64,000 nt of DNA from Camelus ferus (lineage: Eukaryota), in assembly GCF_009834535.1 (NCBI RefSeq), contig NC_045696.1, positions 26,724,001-26,788,000 on the forward strand, in the 5' to 3' direction. Position 1 is the stretch's first letter. Every line of letters begins with the position of its first letter. Positions 13,401 through 27,257 of this stretch are shown here, piece by piece. Under the pieces are notes generated by a model, which saw only the letters and a list, made by a program, of their open reading frames with translations, was not told the origin of the DNA and searched no databases. The position numbers and the translations under genes are program-made.

Positions 13401-16400
13401 TTGCGTGTTCTCTGACATAGAAATCAGAAGACTATTCCTGATTTTCTGGCAAAGTTCTACAGTCTACTCTTGCCCAGCTTGTTCCACATACACAGAAATC
13501 CATCATTTATATCAGCCTTTTGAATTTCACAAATTCTTCTTATCTTGTTAAAATGAGATAACATTCACAAAGCTTTTTCCAATTCTTCTCAATATAACAT
13601 GCTGAAGAACTGAAAATACAAAGAATAAACTATCAGTTTTGTTGTTTGAATATTAATTCTGACTATACACGTATTTTGAAAATCAAAACTTTCTTTTCCT
13701 AAAAATTTTAAAAATTAAAAAGATCTATTTATATTGTGGGTATTTTCATAATTTTAAGAATAATTCATATAGTATCTAGATCGAAATGCAAGTATCTTTA
13801 TAGGTTTAGGACTGGATAGTGGGGAGAGAAGAGAATCTGCATATACACTGTGATAACTGGAGGAATAGAGAGGACACAAGAGTTACATTTTGCAAAGAAG
13901 TCAGGTGTCTTTTGGAGGGAACAGAGGAAAGACAGACTTAGATTTGGTTTTCAGGTCCCAGGACACCAGACTTAGACTGTCATGAAGGAGAGGACAGAAG
14001 TTCTTTAATTGTCTCAGATGAAAAGTGAATTCACTGGAGCAGAAAAGACTCAGTGGGCATGAGCTGATTTTTGGATGAGAAGAATAATTTTAGGCTGGGA
14101 TGTGCTTTATCCGTCTATCCAAGTCTGAGGCAACTGGACACAAGTTTCACAAAGACAAGAGCTATAAAAAACTGAAAAAATGGATAAATATAAAATATGC
14201 TATCACATTTGAAATACTGGTTAAAAAATCGAGAACTTTGACTTCCATTATAGGGAGCCCAAGCATTATTTTAGCAGAGGGAATTGGAACGTCCTTTTGT
14301 TTTAGTGAGAGAAACACAGTTAATGACAAAGGTAGGCAGATCACTACCAGTAACTGGGAAAGGGGTCACACCACGCTATGAGAGCAAAACATCGCGAGAT
14401 TGGGCAACACAGTGGGAAGTGGCCGCAGAGCAGCAGAGCTTGGCAGTGATGTAGCAGAAGAAATTGACCCCACAGGTTACAGAGGCAAATATCCAAGACT
14501 GCTAAGGAGAACCAGTCACCCAACCCCCTGCCAGGAAATGGGAGGAATGATGGGAAGAAATTGGAATCCCAACAATTCTGCCTGGCAAAACAGAGACCAA
14601 GAGTATGTCTGTTATTGTTATTCTTGTTGTGGCATCCCTTCCTCGTTGTCCTCTTGGCTAATGCAAAAGCCAGTGCTACATAACATAAACATTAAAAGTG
14701 CAACAAAGGTCACCATGTCATTATTATTAATTTTAAAGTATTTTTATTTCAATTATTAAAGAGCCAACAAAAAACTGTTAAATCTAAGCCATAAATCTGG
14801 TAAAAAAAAAAAAAAATCAGCAGGAGGGTTTTCTGTTGTGCTGTGACTTCTGAGACCCTCATGCATAAACTCACCCCTTGACATAGTCCTTTGGAAAGGT
14901 GCCTCTCCACAGGAACGCCCTAGCACGTCCACTGTCTGACGTGCTGACACAGCTGAAGACTCTTGTCCATTCTTTCAGCTGAGCTTGAATTTGTTAGGTC
15001 AATTCTTCTCTTACCCTTTCTAGCCTCCACAAGTTAACGTCACCTTCTAAATAGCATTAAAAAAAAAAAAAGTAGCACCACCTGTCTCTCTTTCTAGAAC
15101 CAGTCTCATTGGGTAGGGAGAAGTCAAAATTAAATTTTCATCTTGGGTGAATATTGTGCCTAGACGCTAGCAAGCAGGTCTAACATGATTATGAAGACCT
15201 GCAAGTGCATATATCAATCTTTAGATGAGCTGATTCATTTTACCCTGCACACTAGCATCCACCCCTTGCCCGTGTACCTGTTTGGGTAATTATTTTTCCC
15301 CACTACACTATAAATCCCACAAAGTAACCCTGCAGCATTTTCTTTGGAAAATAAATCATTATCCCTTGTCAAAGGAGTGCATAATTGTAACAAAACAACA
15401 GTTCAAAACTGCTTACAATTGGCTTTTTACATTTGACAAATACAGAGGAGAATAATTGCCTAAAGACAATGTATAACCTTGATTTAAATGACTTATTATG
15501 CACACTTCGCATATATGCAGCGAAAATAATTGTCCTCACTCAAAACAGTTTTCCTGGTTGACAAATGAATTTATTTAGGTTGAAAACGGTATACATTTAT
15601 AATTCCCTTGTCTGTTTTATAGCTCTGTGCATCTTACATCCACTCCCTTTTTACCTTATTGCCCTACTTTTTAATCCAAGAGACTGCTTTTCATCTACGT
15701 TAACTTTTAAAAATAAAATTCAGTGCAAGTTGGAGGAAAGAAAGAAGTCATACAAACAGGGCAGATAAATTGTAGGTCAGAGTAGTGCTTGTGTCTTTCC
15801 TTCCCACTCAATGTATCCACCCCGAGTGCTGTAATGATGGCCTCCTAGAGGGACAGGTAACACCGTAGACTGCTAGCAAGTAGTATTTAATATCCTGTAG
15901 ACTCAGATTACAGATACCCCAAATAAGCAAACTCCAGGTTTGTCTTTTTTTTTTTTTTTAACAAAAGGCAATGATAATTCTCTGAATGTTTTGAGGGCTT
16001 TGTACAGGCATGTTTACAATTTACAAGTAATTTGGAGGGTTAGAGTCTTCATAAACTTTCAAGTCTCCTACCTTATATGTTGTCAGATAACTGGTCAACA
16101 TGAATTGGAAACCAAATGGGGTTAAAAGGGGATGATGCCTTATTCCTTTTGAATAGTAACACCAATAAACAGGAAAGGAAAATGCAAATAAGAGAGAGGA
16201 CAGACCAAAAAGACTTCAATATATTTGAGAATGCTTGTCATGTGTTTTGATATCATTAGCTGCCTTTTCTTCAGTAAAATGCAGACTCCAGCCATCACTA
16301 AACTGTACTTAAAGCTTTGCAGATGGTGGTCAATATTAATAGATGCTTACTTGTATCACACTGTTGGAAAATCCAAAGTAAAAATTGCTCAGCGATGGGA

Positions 16401-16814
16401 TGTAAGTAGAGTGGAGGCTTCCAAATGGTCCGAAAAATTTGACATATGCAGGAAAAAAAAAGCCAAATAATTAAGGATCAGAAACAGAGGGCAAAAGCAG
16501 CTGCCCCACAGGCAGTGCATCTGGGCCCTTTCCGGGAGAAGACAGAGTGATATAAATATCATCTGAGCCTTCTAGAGTGTCTCCACCCGCTCAGCGGCTT
16601 TTAAACAGAAATCAGTGAATGAACACCTAGCTGTCTCCATGGGGTTTGTTACAAATTCGGTATGAGAGTTTTTTAAGAAAAATATTAATTAAAAAACTAG
16701 ATAACAGGAGATATATTGGATGATTTACTCATTTGATCATAAAACAAAGTACTCTGAGGTACTTTAAAGCTGGCATTTCAATGTCATTATATGCAACTGA
16801 GATCCAAATGTCCA

Positions 16815-17800
16815 TTCATCATTCACTTACTCAATCATATATATACACACACACACACACACATGCACACACCTATATATATAGTCTCTGCTTTATGCCA
16901 GGCACTCATCTAAGACTGATTATATGGGAGTAACAGGACAGACAAAATTCTTATTCCCATAGTATTTCTACACCTCAGGAGAATATATGAGACATTCATG
17001 GGGCCTGGATGGCAAACACTCTGGATAGCAAGTACTATCCAGAGAATTAAACAGGGTGGTGTGATAAGAGCATGCCTGGGTGCTGACACTACATAAAGAG
17101 TTCAGCAAATCTCTCCACAGTGAGATGGTATGATGTGAATCATGTGTGATGAGAAGGAGAACATCAAGGAGAAAAACCAAGTGAAGAGAAATCCAGGCAG
17201 ACTAGTCAGCACAAGGACCTGCGTTCGCGTGTTAGAGGAACAGAGAAAGAACACCGTGGCTGAGACTTGGTGAGTGAGAGCGTGGGCATTAAATAGGTAA
17301 ACAGGAAGCAGATCACGTAGGGTTCTGTGGCCCAGGACAGAGAGTTTTTGAGTTATTCCAATTGCAATAAAAAAAGAATCCACATTTTTAAAAAGATTGC
17401 TCTGGCTCCTAAGTGGATAATGGATCGTAGAGGTTCAAGAAGGAAAAGACTCAATTAGGTGGCTTGTACGAATCCATTCAAGAAATGAGTATGCTTATAC
17501 TATGATGTTAATAGTATATATGGAAAGAAAGAGATGGATTCACTTGGCGAATGTGGGAGATGAGAGAGATGAAATGGAGTCGGGGAAGGGAACCTGGTAA
17601 ATCTCTGATCACATGAGTAGGCAATGGTCCTATTTTCTGAGTGGTGAAAACTTAAGAGTTAAGCAGTTTGATGGGAGAAGTGTGCTGGGAATAAGGAGTT
17701 ATGGTTTGGACATTTAAATTTTGAAATGCTTATTAGTCATCCAAGTGGAAAAGTCAAGTAGGCAGGGAAAAAAGGGTCTCAAGTTTCAGGGGAAGGTTCA
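16815..17800 (-). mobile_element. L2 LINE (contains a (CA)n tract)
   Basis: ctgctttatgccaggcact...aacaggacagacaaaattc; ttggacatttaaattttgaaatgcttattagtcatccaagtggaa. Confidence 0.8.
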
Positions 17801-18756
17801 GGGCGAATCAATGACAGAGAAAAAATGATAGTGCCGTGGGCGCTTTAGAATTGTTTAAGAGATTGAGAAATGCTCTTAGAAAAGTAGATGATCCACTTTA
17901 TGATCCTACTGCCAACATCCAATGTCAAGTGAAGGGTACTGTGTCGTCTTTTTAAATAGCTACTTAAGAGTAAAAATAAAAGCACCCAAACCAAAAAGAC
18001 CACATATGGATAATTTCTAATTCAATTTAATAACTTGTATATCTTTGCATTTATACTTAAATGTTATAAAATAAATGATTTAATTTTTAACTTTTTTCTT
18101 AAAGATATTTTCAATCAAAATTTTAAAAAGTAATGTCTTTTGACATTTTAGTACCTGTTTATACAGATGCAGGTGAAACATTTCCAGAAAGATTCTCCTC
18201 CTTTTATTCAACACCTTTTGTTTTATGATTGTTTTGGATTGGATCAAAATATTCATTCTCTCCACTCTCCTCCCCCTTCTAAAGAAAGTGTAGTTAATAA
18301 ACTTCCACCAGCTACTTTACAGTTAAACTGCTTCTTGCAGCTTATGAGTAGGTTAGATTCAGAGTGCTGATTGATTTAAATTCCTTGTACTTTTTCTTCT
18401 TCACTGTAAAATATGGTTTCATTTAACTTTTTAGCTGTTAAATAAAGATGTTTGAAATGTAATTTACTTTTAAGATCTGCATGCTTTGAACAAGTCACAA
18501 TGCATTATATTCTTATTCATAGAATATGGGGAAAGATGGAAAGGCGACTCTTTTGCTACTATTTTTGAAGTGTGATTTAAAAAAAAATTAAACATAGAGC
18601 TGAATCTGGGAAAAATAAATATCTTAAGATAAAAAAGATGACATTCTTTATGGATTTTCTCTGATGATGTTAAAAGATGATTTACTGATAGTTTCCAGTA
18701 GGAAAAGAATCTCTTTTTATTAAATTACATGTTTCTTTGATTAATATTAAACTGTA

Positions 18757-18867
18757 GGGGGCTGGATATAGCTAAGTGGTAGAGCTCATGCTTAACATGC
18801 ATGAGGTCCTAGGTTCCATCCCCAGTACATTCATTTAAAAAAAAAAAGCAAAAAAAAAAAAAAAAAA
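18757..18867 (+). mobile_element. tRNA-derived SINE (camelid Vic-1-like), short form
   Basis: A box tagctaagtggtaga, B box ggttccatccc, polyA tail, and diverged TSD attaaactgt/attaagccgt. Confidence 0.9.
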
Positions 18868-18989
18868 TTAAGCCGTGTTTTCCTAACTAGTTCTTGCCAA
18901 TCATTGCTAGCCTCACTCAAGGGGTCTTTTTAGCAGAAGGTTGTCCTTGTAAATTGTGGATGATGTCGCCTCACTGTTGCCCTATCACT

Positions 18990-19640
18990 CTGTCTCCAGA
19001 GAATCTAGAATGACATTTTTAAGATATACATCCCATCATCTCATTCCTCTGCTTTAAGTTTTCTACATTTTTCCTTTTTCCTTTTTTTTTTTTTTTTTTT
19101 AATTTTACTTATCATAAAATCTAACTCTTTAACCAGGGTTTATAAGGTCCCATACATTTTGTCCCTCCTCCCTTCCCAATCTTACCTCCCACCAGCCTTC
19201 CCCCAGATTACTAAAGCTCTGGACATAGAAGCCTTCTTTTTATTAATTGAAAATAAATAGACTGAATCCTGCCTTGAACTTGCTCTCCCTTCTGCTTGGA
19301 ACACTTGACCCCTGGTCCTCTGTGTTGGACATCTCATCATTTAAGTCCCCATTTAACTGCCGTCTCCCCAGAGACACAGTCCCTGCCCACCATATCCAAA
19401 GTAGACCCATTAGCTTCCACAGTTTTAAAAAGTCACATTTATTCTTTTCCCAGTTTTATTTGCTTCAGACTTAGAACTACTAAAATTATTTTGTTTTGAA
19501 TTTTATGTTCACTTCTACTTGAAATTATTATTTATTTCCTTGTCCATTGTCAAAGCATAATTTCATGTAACTGGTGCCAAAAAAGAGTGCCCTCCACATA
19601 GAAGAGAGTTGGTAAATATTTTTTAAATAAGTTATTGATG
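18990..19640 (+). mobile_element. L2 LINE 3' part
   Basis: atcatctcattcctctgctttaa; ataaaatctaactctttaaccagggtttataaggtcc; cacatagaagagagttggtaaatattttttaaata. Confidence 0.7.
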
Positions 19641-20134
19641 GATAGCTTGAGGGACATTTTAAAAAACGTGAAAATCTAGTAAATCTGGTAAAATGATCTT
19701 CCATCACCTTCAGCTCCCAAAGGCTAATGACATTCCCACATGGAACCTTTTCTAAAACTGCCATTAAAATGCTTATTTATTGCTACTTGATTTATTGCTA
19801 AGAGGTATATGATGCTTTCTGTTCACTTAGCTAGTTACAAAGAAAATTCTGGAATAATTGTAGGAAAGGAAGTAGAACTAGCATGTGTCTAAAAATCCAT
19901 TATGTTCCAAAACTTCGAAAAGTTTACTTTACCAATGAGATGTAGATGTAACTATGTTCATTAAATGGATGTAACTACTCTATGAGTAGCATGCAGCTCC
20001 TCCTGGACCCCATCCTTTAGGACACCCTGGGATGGTCTGGCATATGGTCAATGTCCTCCAAGAGGAAGCCAGCTGCACTAGAGAGGCATGTCTTAGAATG
20101 GGACATGTCTCTGAGGTTGACATCATTTCTTTCT

Positions 20135-20230
20135 ACATTTAAAGAAATTGAGATTCAGAGGAGCCAGTAATTTCTTTCAGGTTCAAGGATGTGATTGTCA
20201 GAACAAGAATTCAACTCTCTTTAGACATGA
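20135..20230 (-). mobile_element. MIR fragment
   Basis: aagaaattgagattcagaggagccagtaatttctttcaggttca. Confidence 0.5.
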
Positions 20231-20254
20231 TTTCCTCATGGTGCCAGGCTTTGC

Positions 20255-21165
20255 TATCTCCCAAACCCTCCTTGGTATCTTTTCTAGGATGTCCCACACA
20301 CAAATCAGAAACAACATGGCTAAAAATAAACTCATCATCAGTGCTCCTTTTCATGTTTTCTCTATTTCAGAAAATAAAACTATTATTTATATTTTATGAA
20401 TTATTCTCCATCTAAATAATCCAACCAGTTATCAAATCCTATGTATCCTGCTTCCTAAATATCCCTTATTTATGTCTCAATTTTCCCTGGGGCCAACCTT
20501 CATTCCCTTTACTGCTGCCATACATAGTTTAATTTCTCACCTCCCTTTCCAGATTTCAACATAGAATTAGAACTGTAGCACACCTTCAAGTTCTACTCTC
20601 ATGACTGACACTGACCTTGCTCAAGGCAATGTTAATATTCATTTTTAGCCTTAAAATACTGCTATGGCTTCCAAAAATATCTAGGATAAAGTCCAAAAGT
20701 TCTTCACTTTCTTTTATCGTTTAAAGTTATCTTTTAAAGCTCTTCACTTTCAGAGACCCATCTTTTGCTCAATGACCACACAACCACCATTGCCTCCAGT
20801 CCTGCTGCATTATTTTCAGTTTCTGATCTACCTAACTTCCAAGTCTCCATTCTTTCACATGTGCTGCCCTCAGGGTAGAGAACCCTCTTCCTGTCCAAGC
20901 TCTCCTCTTTCAGATGTTAACTCAAATGTCCCATCTCCTGGGAATGTCCCCTGGATCTTGATGTTTTAATTAGAAGTTTTTTTTCTGTTTCTTTTCACCA
21001 CTGAATACCCACTTCTCAAGATTTACATACTGCACTAAAATACAACAGTTAATTAAACTATGAACTTTGGAGGGCATACAATGGTTCTCTTCAGGTTGCG
21101 CACCCAAGATCGCAAGGACTTAGTACAATGCCTAGTAGAGAGGCTTTTAATACACGTTGCTGGAA
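20255..21165 (+). mobile_element. L2 LINE
   Basis: ctaggatgtcccacacacaaatc; atccaaccagttatcaaatcctatgtatcctgcttcctaaatatc; ggataaagtccaaa; ttagtacaatgcctag. Confidence 0.65.
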
Positions 21166-24019
21166 GGCATTTTTTTAAAAAGTACTTTTCCATAATTCAC
21201 AATTTTGGCCAGTTACCAGTCTCAGGAATCATCTAGGAAAGGTAAAGCTGGTGGATGAAATGATCACTCTATTTCAGCTAAATCCAGTTATCTTTGCAAT
21301 CTGGATTGGTTTAAATTCAACTGGCTTCTGGGTGGACTCTCTCCTGCTTCTCTTTAGTTCCTGCTATGTTCTTCCTTAGAAATGAAGCTTCTCCTAAGCT
21401 TCATGTCTGCATTGTCACAGAATCTCAGGGAAGTTGGGTTTGAAGGCTTAATGAGGTTACCTAGTCCAACCTTCAAAGGAGTCCAAATCATCTATTTTGA
21501 CAGATATTCAATGATCATTCATTACCTATCTGTAAAAGTGCTGTGACAAATTTTATGGAAGTAATGAAATTTTAGTAATCCAAGCCAGCTCCACTATGAT
21601 CTCTGCTACTGAATATGTTTTCCTGGTGATAAGAAACCCAGGGAGAAGAGATTAAAACTGCTACTTTAATGAGATTAAGGAGGGGGGCTGTTCAGATTTA
21701 TGAGATGATAATAAATTGTCTGCAAGAAAAAAAAAAAAAAGGAAGAGTATAAAATTGGTTGTTATAAAACAGAACCATAGCGAAAGACTCACTAATGGTT
21801 TTATGATTACGGTTTTGCATCAAGGGCTTTCTTTTCACTTAGAGATTGTAATAATCAAAATAAATAAAAGTGTGGCTATTCATGCAAAAGGAGAAAAAAG
21901 GTAAATAACACATTTAAATAATTGAAAGTTCTTAGCAAAGGTGAAGGGGAGCAAAGTTTGTAATCTTCTCTTAATGAGTTTCTTTCTTCAGTTCAAGACC
22001 CAGTAAGATCAATGTGATAATTCTATCCAATTATACGATCATATCCTAAACTTTCCTCACCTTTGCCATTCTTCTTTGCTGTTCTTAACTCACCAAATTT
22101 TTCTTCTCTCTAAATCCCATATGAAAACCATTAAGTAGTGTTGTTAATGTACTTTAGTAATTTCTTTTAATTTAGTGAATACTGAGTTTTAAAAATCAAG
22201 ATTATTCACAACTTATTAAAAAGGGCATTGAGTTCTATGGTTAAAAAGGGCTTCAAAAAACAGTACAAATATTTTCATTTTGATTTGCAAAATATTAGCT
22301 CCAATTCCATAGCCTTATACCCTAGAGCTTATACTTGAATAAAGAATAGGAGTAATTCTGAAAGTCAATATTTAAAAAAAATTTTCCAATTACCTAATTT
22401 TCTCATAATCTTCCAACTTCACTGCCATTGTTAAAGCTCAGCCTCTCATCTTCTTTTATCTACACAAATACAATGCGATATCTCCTATCTAGTGCATAGA
22501 TAAATAACATGCCTTTTGCTATAACAATATTTTCCCATTTTCTTATCTCATTAGCTCAACACTTCATATTGAATAGTAACTGGTAAAAACATTTTCAGGA
22601 AAGATTAAAAGAGCATCAAGTTTGCAAATGCACACTTTTGTCCTGATTCTGGAAGGTTGTCCCCCAGAGATTACATCTGATAATTTTACTATATTCTGGG
22701 CTTTAGATGACTTCTCTCCTGTAGAGAAATCATATATGGATACGGTGCTTCCTATGTCTTGAAAACTAGGGTATGACTTTCATTCATTACTTATTTCATA
22801 TAGGCCAGCATTAATACATGATTTGGTTATCAAAATAATATAAATCCTAGGAAGAGATGATATATTTTATAATTAAAGGGAGAATAAATTATCACTAATT
22901 TAGCCTAACATCTCATAATGAAATGTGAAATGGTAGAGGACAGTATTGCAGAGATGAGGGGTTTTGCCCCAGGACAGATTTCACTTAGGGTCCTACACCT
23001 TATGCTGGATAACCAATTGTATGTACCTCAATTATAAATGCCTCTCTTTTAAGCTCCCCCCCTACAATAATGTAATTTTTTAACCGATACTAAAATGATC
23101 TCTGCCTTTTCTCATGGAATAAATTTCTTTGCTTTCCCTACTGAGCAATAATCCAAAAGGAAAAAACCAAGAATCAGTTACTAAATACTACAGAAGAAAC
23201 AGCAATTTTGTTCATATTTCTTTCTTACTTCTGCATTTATCTATCCATGAAATAAAACAGTGAGAAATGATGTCAGACCTTCCGGTGACAACACATCTTC
23301 ACAAGCCAAAGACCTGGGCATATACTGGTGACTTGGAAAAAGTCTGCAGAAATGTCTGGTCATGCCGACGGATTATTTAGCTGCTCTTGCTTTTCTCATT
23401 AAAAGTTTCAAGGTGAATGAACATGTGCTCCTAAAATATCACCATTTTAAATCCTGCTTGTTTGAAACATTTCACAGTCAGCCCATTGATACCATCTCAA
23501 CAGATACACAGCTGGAACTTTTCCCATATGAGCCTAATGACTTTTTGCTTTAATACTCTCCCTCCTTCAGTTCCGCCTTTCCAGACAACACAACATACTG
23601 AGTGCTGATTTATACCAGGATACAGGCTGTTCTTGCCTTTCCTTTGTCCAGATTGTATGAAGGTCACAGTGAACAACAACTTCTCTCATGTACTTATGCA
23701 ATATTACAGAAGTCAGGGCTTCTCTTAGCTTTAGCTTATTATTTGGAGATTTGAGTCCTGAACTTCATTAACTGCTTGATTTATTTTGTGCCTTCCCCTA
23801 AATTAAAAATACTACTGGCGCCTACATATTTCACTGTGTGTTTTCACCAAGTTTTTAAGTTTTATTTGCCTTTTGACATTGCCTCTCCCATGATATTAGG
23901 AGGAATGTAAATTTCAGTGGGTTACTTTATCATATTAAATAAACACTGTCTTTCTATTAAAAACAACTCTAGTTCTTCATCCATCGAGTTTCTTCTATCC
24001 TTCTCTTTAAGAAACATGG

Positions 24020-24720
24020 ACATTCAAGATTGGAAGGGAGCTGACAATCATGAACCTCAGGCCCCACTGAATGCTTGAACATCTGGAGTTCTGCTCAGAC
24101 ACGTCCTGTTATGTAGACCTCACTTCCTCACTAAGCAATACATTTCATTTCCCAAAGGCTCTAATTGTGAAAAGAGCTATCTTTTTATCAAAACTGAAAC
24201 CGTTACCTTCTTTAACTGTTTTTTGTACCTTTCAAGGAACAGAGAACTTATAAACTCTCTTCCCCAGAACACCCCTTGATGACAGTTTCTGTATTGTTCT
24301 CTGCCTGCTGCAAATACTGCCTCACCTCTAGCACAAGATTATCAAACAGCCCTCTCAGTGGTAAAACCTTCTCTTCTTAATTTGCTCTAGGCTGTTAGCC
24401 TTCCTGACATACAAAACCAACAAATTATACCGTTCTGTGTAGAGGAGGACATAATCCTACTATCTCTTGCAATCTGTATATCATACTGACATTAGTGTAA
24501 ATTAAGCTTGGAATTACCTTTTTTGGGAAGCCATATTATATTGTTAATTTCTTGCCAGTTAAAATCACAAAAGTCAAATTACGTAACTTACGGCTTACAG
24601 AATCTAAGTAAGATTTTGTACCCAAACTGGAATGTTGCATCTGTTTTGATTATATTTCACCTTGTTAGATTTGACCTAATCTTTCCCAGAAACCCTCCCT
24701 GCCAAAGCACTGATCAAGGA
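24020..24720 (-). mobile_element. L3/CR1-like LINE remnant
   Basis: ctcacttcctcactaagcaatacatttcatttcccaaaggctctaattgtgaaaag resembles reverse L3. Confidence 0.45.
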
Positions 24721-25334
24721 ACAGGGTGAACTTGGATGAGACAATTAAACCAAGTCGTGGCACAGACTAAGAGGACTTTAAAAATAAACAACCTGTGAGA
24801 GGCCCTGCTTTTCACTTGCTGATGGAAAATCTGAGAAAGGAATGAAATAAATGAAAAGAGGGAGAAAATTCTTTCCCAGCCTTTAGATCAGAAAACGTGT
24901 GTTCTTTTGCATATAGTAGAAAACAGGCAAATAAATACAGTGTGAGACACTGCAATTTAATTAACTATGTGTTAATTATTGATAAGCCTAATAAAAATTA
25001 AATTCTCACCCTCACCATAGACAGTTTTATGAGCCAGCAGCAAAATTACTAAAAATAAAATCAGAATATTTAGTCTCAGAATTTGTTATTTCAATATGTT
25101 GAATATGAGTTATCTCAGAGAGGGCAGACCACATAATTCACACAGCATTTAGAAATAGCTGAGCCCATATGCAAACTTAGGTCTTTACATACGCTTATTA
25201 CCAAGAAAGTAAAATTTGCATGACAGTGTTGTTGTAAATAAATAGAGGAATGCACTTTTTCTATTTGAATGAGAGGTAGGACAAGCTGAACACGAGTCCA
25301 ATAATTTACTAAGGGAAAAAAATCGGAATTTTTA

Positions 25335-26085
25335 TTCAAAAACAATTTCTTGAGCACCTACCATGGAATATACCAGGCACTATTTTGGTCTCTAAGCAAA
25401 CAGAACTAACAGTAACTCCTTAGAAAGGAGAATAGAAAAATAGTTAACTGATATTGAAAGTTAGAAGGAAAAAAAAAAAAAAAAAACAACCAAAAATCAA
25501 AACAGGGAATGTGGATCAAGAAAGCCAGGTAGACAGGATATTCAATTTTAAATAGAGTCATATAACAAAAGTAAAGAGAAATATTTGGGGACCATTTGGA
25601 AAAGATGATGGAGCAAGTTAAGGAAGTATCTGGGAGACCACCTTCCAAGCAGAATGAGTAGCCAAGGCAGAGACTGGACCATTCCTGGGGTGTCCAGGGA
25701 ACTGCAAGAAAGCAACTGTTTATTGAACTCAATAATCAAGAAGCAAGATAACAAGGTGCTGTCAAGGCCCGATGGCAGCCCAGTCAGAGGGCCCTGGGGG
25801 CTTGGAAAGTGTTTGGCTTTCACGTTGAGTGAGGGGAGAAGGCAATGAAGGGTTCTGACAGAGAAGTGATATAATTTGGCTTCCATTTTAAGAGGATTAC
25901 TGCAGCTGCTCTATTGAGCTTAGATTGTAGGAGGACAGCATGAGAATGGAATCAGCAAGAAAAATGAGAATGAGATTGCAAAAATCTATATGAGCAACAG
26001 TGGTGTCTTAAATCAAGGTGGTAGCAGTAGAGCTAGTGAGGCATTGGCACAGTTCTGAAAACATTTGGAAGGTAGAACATATATT
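25335..26085 (-). mobile_element. L2 LINE
   Basis: ttgagcacctaccatggaatataccaggcactatt; gaagggttctgacagagaagtgatataatttggcttccattttaagaggattact. Confidence 0.8.
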
Positions 26086-26712
26086 AATACAAATTACATT
26101 GGAAAGCTTTTGAAAAAGAGAACAAAATCCATGTTGGTCTTTACTCCCTTAATCTTATCCCCAGGCTAAATCCAAAGAAATCAATATATAAACCAGTAAG
26201 AGCTCCAAAAAAATTACAGAGCCAGGAATTCAGCTGTATTTTTCACAGTATCAGTGAAACAACCTTTGATCAAACTCAGAGCAAGTAGTTATTATTTCTA
26301 GTTTGGTCCCATGCATTATTTATAATATGTAAAATATTATACCGGTGTTATAATTGTGTGATACGTTAAACTAAATCAACCTCCAAAATCTCAGGTCACA
26401 TGAAAAGAGAGAAAACAACTCATGCTTATAGAATTGCATACATATCTCTTAAAAATAAAATTTCAGAGTCCTGTCCTTCTATGGGAATCACAAGACTGCA
26501 AAACAATCCCTACCTTTTTTTCTTTTCCTTTTGCTTTCAGTGCAATAACACTTGCCTCTTTGCTTAAACAGGGGAAACATTTACTATAGCTTTTTGTTGG
26601 TGGTGGCTGGCATTATCAGCTTTATTTATAGTCTAAAATTAAGAAAAAAGAAGTAAAATGCAAAAAAAAAGAAATCAAATTCTGTTTTCCTGGAACTTAT
26701 AAACATACAGTC

Positions 26713-27257
26713 TCCAGTAGGCAGCCTTCTCAGGTGGCTCCCAGTGAGCCTCATCTGCCTGGCAGCACCTGCACTCTCGTGTGACTCCCTCACCTTGAGT
26801 GTGAGCTGGTCCTAGTGACTTGCTTGTGACAATGGAGTATGGCAGAAGAAATGAAATGTTACTTCTGTGACTAGGTTACAAACAGTGTGACTTCCATCTT
26901 GCTAGCATCCTCTCTTCATAGTACTTTTCCTTGCCAGCTTGCTAGTATGAAGCAAGAAGCCTTAAGGGGAAGCTCACAGGACAAGAATGGAGGTAGGCCT
27001 CTAGCCAAAGGCTTAGGAGGAACTGAGGCCTCAGCGCAACAGCTCCATGAAAGACTGAATTCTCCAAAGACCATCAGCTAAGATCCTCTACAGAAGAGCC
27101 TTGAGATGACTACATCCTTGTGATATTTCTGGAACCAGAAGATCCAGTTAAAAAGCACCTTGATTCCTGACCTAGGAATCTGTAAGATATTATACGTGTA
27201 TTGCCTTAAGCTCCTAAGTTGTACACTGCTGTTATGCAGCGATAGAAAACTAATACA
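26713..27257 (+). mobile_element. MaLR solo LTR (MLT1E/F-like)
   Basis: gtaggcagccttctcaggtggctcccagtga...tgtgagctggtcctagtgacttgctt...ttatgcagcgatagaaaactaataca end. Confidence 0.85.

Noticed and set aside
15838..15858. CTCF site
   Set aside because: ctcctagagggac has several mismatches at core positions of CCASYAGRKGGC.
18757..18830. tRNA gene (also 34945-35015, 46485-46555, 54470-54540)
   Set aside because: A and B boxes are present, but there is no intact acceptor stem, the copies are mutually diverged, and they have A-tails and mostly recognisable TSDs. These are SINEs.
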